Position numbers and translations under genes: made by a program. Below the pieces are notes generated by a model that did not search any database, had not been told where the DNA came from, and was given only the letters and a program-made list of their open reading frames with translations. Source: Planctomycetota bacterium (lineage in GTDB: Bacteria; Planctomycetota; UBA11346). From it: a stretch of 18,186 nt of DNA. The DNA lies in assembly GCA_038213805.1 (NCBI GenBank), contig JBBQSO010000101.1:1-18186 (forward strand), read 5' to 3'. This document shows positions 12,882 to 18,186 of the stretch, one piece after another (position 1 is the stretch's first letter; every line of letters begins with the position of its first letter).

Positions 12882-15412
12882 TGCATCTTCTCTTTTTCGC
12901 CCAGGTCGAGGATCTCGGCGTTGAGCATGAAGAAGATCTTGCGGTTCTCGTCGTAGACGCCGTTCTTGCTGAACAGGCGGCCAAGGAACGGGATGTGGCT
13001 CAGGAACGGGATGCCGGAGTGGGTGTTCTGGCGCAGCGCCTGGCTGAAGCCGCCGATCAGCAGGGTGCCCTTGTCGGGCATCATCACCGTCGAGCGCATG
13101 GTGCGCACCTCGACGTTGGGCAGCTCGATCGGGTAGTTGTTGATGCCGAGCACGACCAGGAAGTTGCCGCCCACCGCGAAGCGCGGGGCGCGCAGGATTT
13201 CGACGAAGAATTCCTCCGGCACCACCGAGCTCGGGCGGATCTCCATGGTGATGTACTTGCGGTCCGAGCTGACCACCGGGCGGACGTCGAGCAGGTCGCC
13301 GTAGTTCAGCACCTCGATCTTGGGATCGTAGGTGAAGTTGACGATGTCGTAGTCGGCAATGTAGGCGTACTGGTGGATGAACGCGGCGTTTGCGCGCTGG
13401 CCGTTAAAGCAGGTGATCGAGGGGTGCTCAAGGATCTGCGCATCGGTCTCCTGTTCGACCGCGCTGAAGATGGCGTTGATCTGGTCGGTGCGCAGAAAGC
13501 TGCCGCCGTGGTATGAGCCGTCGATGGTCAGACCCTTGTTGATGCCGTTGAAGTTGGCCTTGGTGCTGTTGGCGGGCAGCACGTTGTTGAGGTCGCCCTG
13601 GTAGGACAGGGTATCGTTCAGGCGCTCGTAGCCGTGGTCGCTGCTGCCACCGATGATGGTGCGGCCGCTCGGATTGTTGGCCGAGCCGGCGGCGGCCGCA
13701 GGATCGGTGTATTCGACGCCGATTTCCTCGAAGAAGCCCTTACGCACATCAAGCACCTGTACGCTGACGTGCACCTGCAGCGAGCCCTGATTGCGCAGGT
13801 TGGTCAGCAGCTGGTCGATGAGGGTGTGGACTTCGGGGCTCTGTGAGACGAACAGGGTCTGGCCACCGCGCTGGTCGATGGCGATGCCTTCCTTGTCCCA
13901 GGTGTCCTTGGCGACGTTGGACTTGATGAAATCCATCAGCGCGGCGGGATCGGCCGGGCGGCCGGTGGCCGCGGCGGCCTCCATCATGCCGCCCTTGAAC
14001 AGGCTGAATCCACCGCCGCCGCCCATGCCGCCGGCGCCGGCGTTGTACGCCAGTTCGCGGCCGGGGAAGTCGCCGATCGGCAGGACCAGATCGGTGACAT
14101 CGTACATGCGCAGCGTGACGGCGCCGGTGATCGGCGCCTTCGAGATGTAGATGGCCTGGTTCTGCAGGGCCATGTGCAGGCCGGTAAGCTCAAGGATCCA
14201 CTTCAGGGCGTCGCCGAAGCGCATGTCCTTGACGCGCAGGGTGACGTTGCCAGCACCGCCGCCGCCGACCACGTCGGGCGCGGTGATGATCGTGGTGTTG
14301 GTGACCTGGCGCAGGAAGGTGATGACGTCGTCGAACGACTGGTCGGCGAACTCGAAGGTGACGCGCTGCTCGAGCTTGTCCTTGAGCTGGGCGACCCACG
14401 GTTCGACCTGGTTCGAGCCGATTTCCTGCGCCTTGCGCAGGGCGCGGACCTGCCAGTCCTCGGGATAGACCAGCAGTTCGTTCTGCGGGATGAGAGCCTT
14501 ATGGATCTCTTCGTGGACGCGCGCCAGGCGTTCGAGGCGCTCCTCGCGGTAACGGTCGTCGAATTGCACATGGCCGCTGCGGCGCGCGCTCAGGTAGAGC
14601 GAACGCGCGTCCTCGCGGCGGCGGTCGAGCTCGTACGCGTTCCACGCATCGACTTCGGCGCGCTTGTAATCCTTGCGGTCGTAGGAGGCGCGCGCGCGGC
14701 GCAGCAGCTCGTCGACTTTGTTCTTGAGCGCCTCTTCCTGGAGGTCGCTCTGCTGCTCGGCATTGCGGCGGGCGTCGTCGCGGTTCTGTTCCTGGCGGGC
14801 GACGGCGGCGGTGCGCGCCTGGTTGCGCGCTTCGAGGCGCTTGGCTTCGACCTCGGCGGGCAGCTTGCCCCAGTCGAACTGGTAGGGGAAGGAACGCAGG
14901 CCGACGTCAACGCGGTCGTAGTCGAGCTCGGCGCCGGCGAAGTCGCCAGCCTTGGACTTGGCACCGGCGCTCTCCATGAGCGCGGCGAGGCGCACCGCGA
15001 TCTCCTGGGTCTTCACGTCCTGCAGGGCGTGGAACCAGGTCGCCGCCATCTGCAGGCGGTTGTCGCGCCGGCTAAGCACGGCGAGGATATCCTGGCGCAG
15101 CGCCTGGGCGGCCTCGTGCGAGGGATACAACCGCAGCGCGGCCTCGACCGCCTCGCGCGCCTCGACGAAGTGCGCGTTGGCGAACTCAGCCCGAGCCTGG
15201 ACGTATTTCGCCTCGGCCTCGATCTGGGCGCGCGCGAGCTCGCCGTTCCCCTGCTGGGCATCAGCCCAGAACTTCTGCTGGTCCGCGCTCAGCGCGGGCG
15301 CCGGCTGGGTGGCAGGGCCTGTGGCATCGGCCGCCATGAGCGGCGCTGCCAGCGGCAGAGCGAGCAGTGAGAGAAGCGCCGGGACGAGCACGGGCAGCCG
15401 GGGATGACGCAT
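12878..15412 (-). CDS. Secretin (GspD/PilQ superfamily), paralog 1 (844 aa)
   Basis: ATG 15412 with AAGGAG SD and signal peptide MRHPRLPVLVPALLSLLALPLAAPLMA|AD. Motifs VTFEFADQSFDDVITFLRQVTN, MYDVTDL, QVHVSVQVL, PSITCFNGQRA, VMMPDKGTLLIGG, SGIPFLSHIPFLGRLF. Confidence 0.92.
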   Translation of the reverse strand: MRHPRLPVLVPALLSLLALPLAAPLMAADATGPATQPAPALSADQQKFWADAQQGNGELARAQIEAEAKYVQARAEFANAHFVEAREAVEAALRLYPSHEAAQALRQDILAVLSRRDNRLQMAATWFHALQDVKTQEIAVRLAALMESAGAKSKAGDFAGAELDYDRVDVGLRSFPYQFDWGKLPAEVEAKRLEARNQARTAAVARQEQNRDDARRNAEQQSDLQEEALKNKVDELLRRARASYDRKDYKRAEVDAWNAYELDRRREDARSLYLSARRSGHVQFDDRYREERLERLARVHEEIHKALIPQNELLVYPEDWQVRALRKAQEIGSNQVEPWVAQLKDKLEQRVTFEFADQSFDDVITFLRQVTNTTIITAPDVVGGGGAGNVTLRVKDMRFGDALKWILELTGLHMALQNQAIYISKAPITGAVTLRMYDVTDLVLPIGDFPGRELAYNAGAGGMGGGGGFSLFKGGMMEAAAATGRPADPAALMDFIKSNVAKDTWDKEGIAIDQRGGQTLFVSQSPEVHTLIDQLLTNLRNQGSLQVHVSVQVLDVRKGFFEEIGVEYTDPAAAAGSANNPSGRTIIGGSSDHGYERLNDTLSYQGDLNNVLPANSTKANFNGINKGLTIDGSYHGGSFLRTDQINAIFSAVEQETDAQILEHPSITCFNGQRANAAFIHQYAYIADYDIVNFTYDPKIEVLNYGDLLDVRPVVSSDRKYITMEIRPSSVVPEEFFVEILRAPRFAVGGNFLVVLGINNYPIELPNVEVRTMRSTVMMPDKGTLLIGGFSQALRQNTHSGIPFLSHIPFLGRLFSKNGVYDENRKIFFMLNAEILDLGEKEKMQ

Positions 15413-15739
15413 TGCAACTCCTTGCTGAAGCGAGCGGCCGGCGGCTGGGGCCCACCGGGAAAGCGACTGGTTACCAGAAGATCCGGGGGACACGTAGTGG
15501 CTTCCCTGGCACGCGTTTGGACGCGCATGAGACAGGGCGGCGCACAGGCGCGCGGACGTGCGCACCATAGCGGGCTGATCCAGGAAGAAACACCCGCTGC
15601 AGCCCTGGCGCTTTTCGTGTCACTCACGCCGCGGTGCAAACGGCTGACAGATCAAGGCGAAGGACCTTTCGGAGGCGGTCCGGAACGGTCCTGACGAGCG
15701 CTTCGGGCGTGTCGGAACAGAGTCTGGGACATGCAGAGG

Positions 15740-15774
15740 GAAACGCCGTCCGGACTGGGTCCGGACGGCGTTTC
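15740..15774 (-). terminator. Putative terminator after the 624-aa gene
   Basis: Perfect 16-bp inverted repeat GAAACGCCGTCCGGAC-TGG-GTCCGGACGGCGTTTC, 22 nt after the stop at 15797. Confidence 0.7.
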
Positions 15775-15796
15775 GGGAGGCAGCCGGAGTCGGGAC

Positions 15797-17671
15797 CTAT
15801 CTGGGCTGGACGGCCGGGCCGGTGGGCGGGTGCAACGGGGCGTGCGAGCCGGGAGGCCCTGCCGGTCCGGCTGCAGGCGCAGCGGGTGCCGGCGCGACAC
15901 CAGTCGTCGCGGGCTTGGTCGGTGCCGATACGGGCTTGGGCGCAGTCGTCGCGGGCCTGGGAGTCGGTTCCTCGGCAGGCGCGGCTTCGGTCGCGCCGGT
16001 CTCATCGCCCGGTTTGGGTTTGCCCTTGTCGTCGGCTTCGGTGCCAGGGATGACGAATTCCTTCAGGAGTTTGTTGACGGGATCCCAGTAGACGAGGCGG
16101 CCATCGGCGAGTTCGTAGTAGACGGTGTCGGTTTTGAGCGACTCGTCGCCAGTCTTCTTATGAATATCTTCGAGCGGGCCGGTATCCGGGTCATGAGGGA
16201 TCGGTTCAGGCGGGACGAGTCCGTACTGCAGGAAGGTCGCCGGGCTCTTGCGGAACTGCTCAACCTCGTTGTACGGCCAGGTCTTGTAGTTCGGGTAGAC
16301 CTTGGAGGTGGGGTTGGTGGGCTTGAGGATCATCGACAGCTTGGTGAGTGGGATTTTGGCGTGGGTCTTAGCGTTTTCGAGAATCGCAACGTCGGTCTTG
16401 ACCTCTTTTTTCTTGAGATCGATGTCCTTGCCCTTGCCGCCCTCGCGCGTCTTCAGCGTGAGCTCGTACCAATACACACGCTCGACTTCGCGCTGCACCT
16501 CAACGAGGTGGAACGGCGTGGAGAAGTCTTGCCTGACCTTGTCCTTACCGAAGGGGTTGTCGATGATGACGTCAGCCTCGCCGACATCTGCGCCAGGCGC
16601 AACCTTGAACGGCTTGGGCGCCGGCACCCACTTCTGGTCACCCTTGGCATCGCGCACCAGCTTCATCGCCAACACTTGCGCGCCTACCATGTTGGGGTCG
16701 GTGGGATCGGCGCCGAAGGCTTTTTCGAAGGCGACGCGGATGCTCGACTGCGCGATCAGGCCGATCTCATCGCTGTTCGGGCCATTGTAGAGTGCTTCGC
16801 CGGGCTTGAGCGCGCTGGCGAACGGACCGCTGGTGCTGCCGGGCACGAACTTGGCGATGATGTCCTTCTGATGGTCGAGCAGGCCGGCGGCGAGGCGGGG
16901 CCAGTCGATGGGATCCTCTTCGTACTTGCCGGCGACCACCACGACCGCCTGCGGCTGGTCGAGGTGCTTGCCAGGGTCGAAGTCGGCGCCGGTGGCCTTG
17001 GCGACGAGGTGGGCGCGATAGGCGTATTTTTCCCAAGCGGCCTGGGAATCGGTGGTGAAATGGGTCTCGGCGAGGCCGTTCTTGGCGTCGATCGCGACCA
17101 ACCCGTTCTTGTCGACGCCCTTGGCTGCGAGCGGCTTCCACATGCCGCCGGCACCGATCTTGTACTCGATCTGCACGCCGAGCTGGTCGGCGGTGTTCTC
17201 GACGGTCTCCTTCAGCCACGTCTTGTGCGCGAGGTCGCTGGCGCGGCTGTCGGCGTCGCGCGTGGACGCGGGCAGGGCGAGGGTCAGCTCGACGGTGCCG
17301 ATGTTGTCCCTGGCCGTCAAGGTCGGGGTCGGCAGTTCGTAGACGTAGGGATGGAAACCGACCACGACCACCGGGCCGGTGTCGATGGTCGTGGAGATCC
17401 ACACGATATGCGGCAGCGACGGCAGCTCGGCGGCCCAGCGCTCGCGCATCTGGTCAAGGTAGGGCGGCGGCGTCTTGAGCACCGGCGGCGTCTGCTTGGC
17501 GCTCATGTCACGGACGGTCTGCACCATCTCGTTGATCTTCTCGGGGCTGACGTCCTTCGGCCGGATGTCGGTATTGGTGAAGGTGTTGGTCAGCGACCAG
17601 ATGCAGAGGATGCCGGCGATGCCGACCACGGCCTTTTCACCGTGGGCGAGGGCGAGTTCCTGGGCGTTCAT
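15797..17671 (-). CDS. Membrane-anchored periplasmic protein with Fn3-like region and Pro/Ala/Thr-rich tail (624 aa); putative pilus/secretion alignment component
   Basis: ATG 17671 overlaps the upstream TGA (ATGA). The N-terminal HGEKAVVGIAGILCIWSL is a single hydrophobic segment. PTPTLTA..GTVELT..GVQIEYKIG..W...FTTD...YAYRAHLV resembles fibronectin type III strands. The ORF-track extension to 17989 overlaps the upstream gene and is not credible. Confidence 0.82.
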   Translation of the reverse strand: MNAQELALAHGEKAVVGIAGILCIWSLTNTFTNTDIRPKDVSPEKINEMVQTVRDMSAKQTPPVLKTPPPYLDQMRERWAAELPSLPHIVWISTTIDTGPVVVVGFHPYVYELPTPTLTARDNIGTVELTLALPASTRDADSRASDLAHKTWLKETVENTADQLGVQIEYKIGAGGMWKPLAAKGVDKNGLVAIDAKNGLAETHFTTDSQAAWEKYAYRAHLVAKATGADFDPGKHLDQPQAVVVVAGKYEEDPIDWPRLAAGLLDHQKDIIAKFVPGSTSGPFASALKPGEALYNGPNSDEIGLIAQSSIRVAFEKAFGADPTDPNMVGAQVLAMKLVRDAKGDQKWVPAPKPFKVAPGADVGEADVIIDNPFGKDKVRQDFSTPFHLVEVQREVERVYWYELTLKTREGGKGKDIDLKKKEVKTDVAILENAKTHAKIPLTKLSMILKPTNPTSKVYPNYKTWPYNEVEQFRKSPATFLQYGLVPPEPIPHDPDTGPLEDIHKKTGDESLKTDTVYYELADGRLVYWDPVNKLLKEFVIPGTEADDKGKPKPGDETGATEAAPAEEPTPRPATTAPKPVSAPTKPATTGVAPAPAAPAAGPAGPPGSHAPLHPPTGPAVQPR

Positions 17672-18186
17672 CTCTTCACCTCGGGCTTGGTGTCGGCGGG
17701 TCCGCCGCTGAGCGGCGGCAGCTGGGCGATCTTGCTGAAATCGAAGACCACGATCGTCAGGCGGCTGATGAGCGGGTCGTAGGGCACCATCTTGCGGTCG
17801 CCGGGCTTGTAGCCGGCCTTGTTGGCGATGCTGCCGCCGGTCACCACCATGACCGGGCTGGCGAGTTTTTCGATCGCGGCTTCGGCTGCGAGCAGGGCGG
17901 AGGAGGTGCCGCGCAGGGTGATGGTCACCTCGGTGGCGGTGGCGTAGTTTGCGAGATCGCCCTTTAACACCGGTTCGACGTTCTTCCACTCGACCCCGGC
18001 GAGCTGCGCCCCGAGCGCGTCGGGCAGGGTGGCCTTGGCTGGCGCGATCACCGGGTTGGGCAAAGGCTTGGCGCGGGTGTTGATCAACACCTCGGCGAGC
18101 TTCTCGACGATGCGGAAGCGCTTGGTCAGCCGCGCATGCAGGGTCGCCTCGGGCATGGTCGACTGACGGGTGTAGAAGCCCGCCAC
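17668..18186 (-). CDS. Partial PilO/PilN/GspM-like protein (C-terminal part; starts beyond the window)
   Basis: The frame is open to the window edge. The helix-strand pattern (RFRIVEKLAEVL; EVTITLRGTSSALLAAEAAI; VMVVTGGSI; LISRLTIVVFDF) fits the ferredoxin-like fold of PilO/GspM. It is ATGA-coupled to the next gene, upstream of the secretins. The CDS is likely real; the family assignment is inference. Confidence 0.6.
   Translation of the reverse strand: MAGFYTRQSTMPEATLHARLTKRFRIVEKLAEVLINTRAKPLPNPVIAPAKATLPDALGAQLAGVEWKNVEPVLKGDLANYATATEVTITLRGTSSALLAAEAAIEKLASPVMVVTGGSIANKAGYKPGDRKMVPYDPLISRLTIVVFDFSKIAQLPPLSGGPADTKPEVKR

Noticed and set aside
15507..15521. Sigma54-like TGGCACG
   Set aside because: The -12 element reads TGGA rather than TTGC at the required spacing, and it is on the strand opposite the secretin genes.
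8290..17782. Long + strand ORFs 8290..10302, 11058..12668, 14174..15370 and 15731..17782
   Set aside because: All lie antisense to well-supported - strand genes and have the V/D/L/G-rich composition typical of shadow frames.

Overview
GC-rich bacterial window, most likely Planctomycetota/PVC. This is inferred from protein styles (DUF1559/H-X9-DG-type prepilin, TPR-rich secretins, a LARWC/DGKW secreted protein), not from a marker gene. The left end holds a 5'-truncated NfsB-type nitroreductase and a secreted coiled-coil protein on the + strand. Everything from 2286 to the right end is on the - strand. In transcription order: a partial PilO/GspM-like protein; a 624-aa membrane-anchored Fn3-like protein; three tandem paralogous ~850-aa secretins joined by GTGA overlaps; lysS; an ExbB/TolQ-like gene with two ExbD/TolR-like genes and no TonB/TolA; and a type IV prepilin. 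The best candidate for an undescribed system is this envelope machine: a possibly hetero-oligomeric three-subunit secretin, a pilus-type alignment module, an AglRQS-like 1+2 proton motor with non-canonical ExbB helices, and a pilin with a structured upstream region. No ATPase, platform protein or prepilin peptidase is visible in the window. Non-coding features include several strong hairpins and inverted GTCCGGAA micro-repeat arrays around the lysS 3' end. All family calls come from motif recognition by eye; no searches were run.
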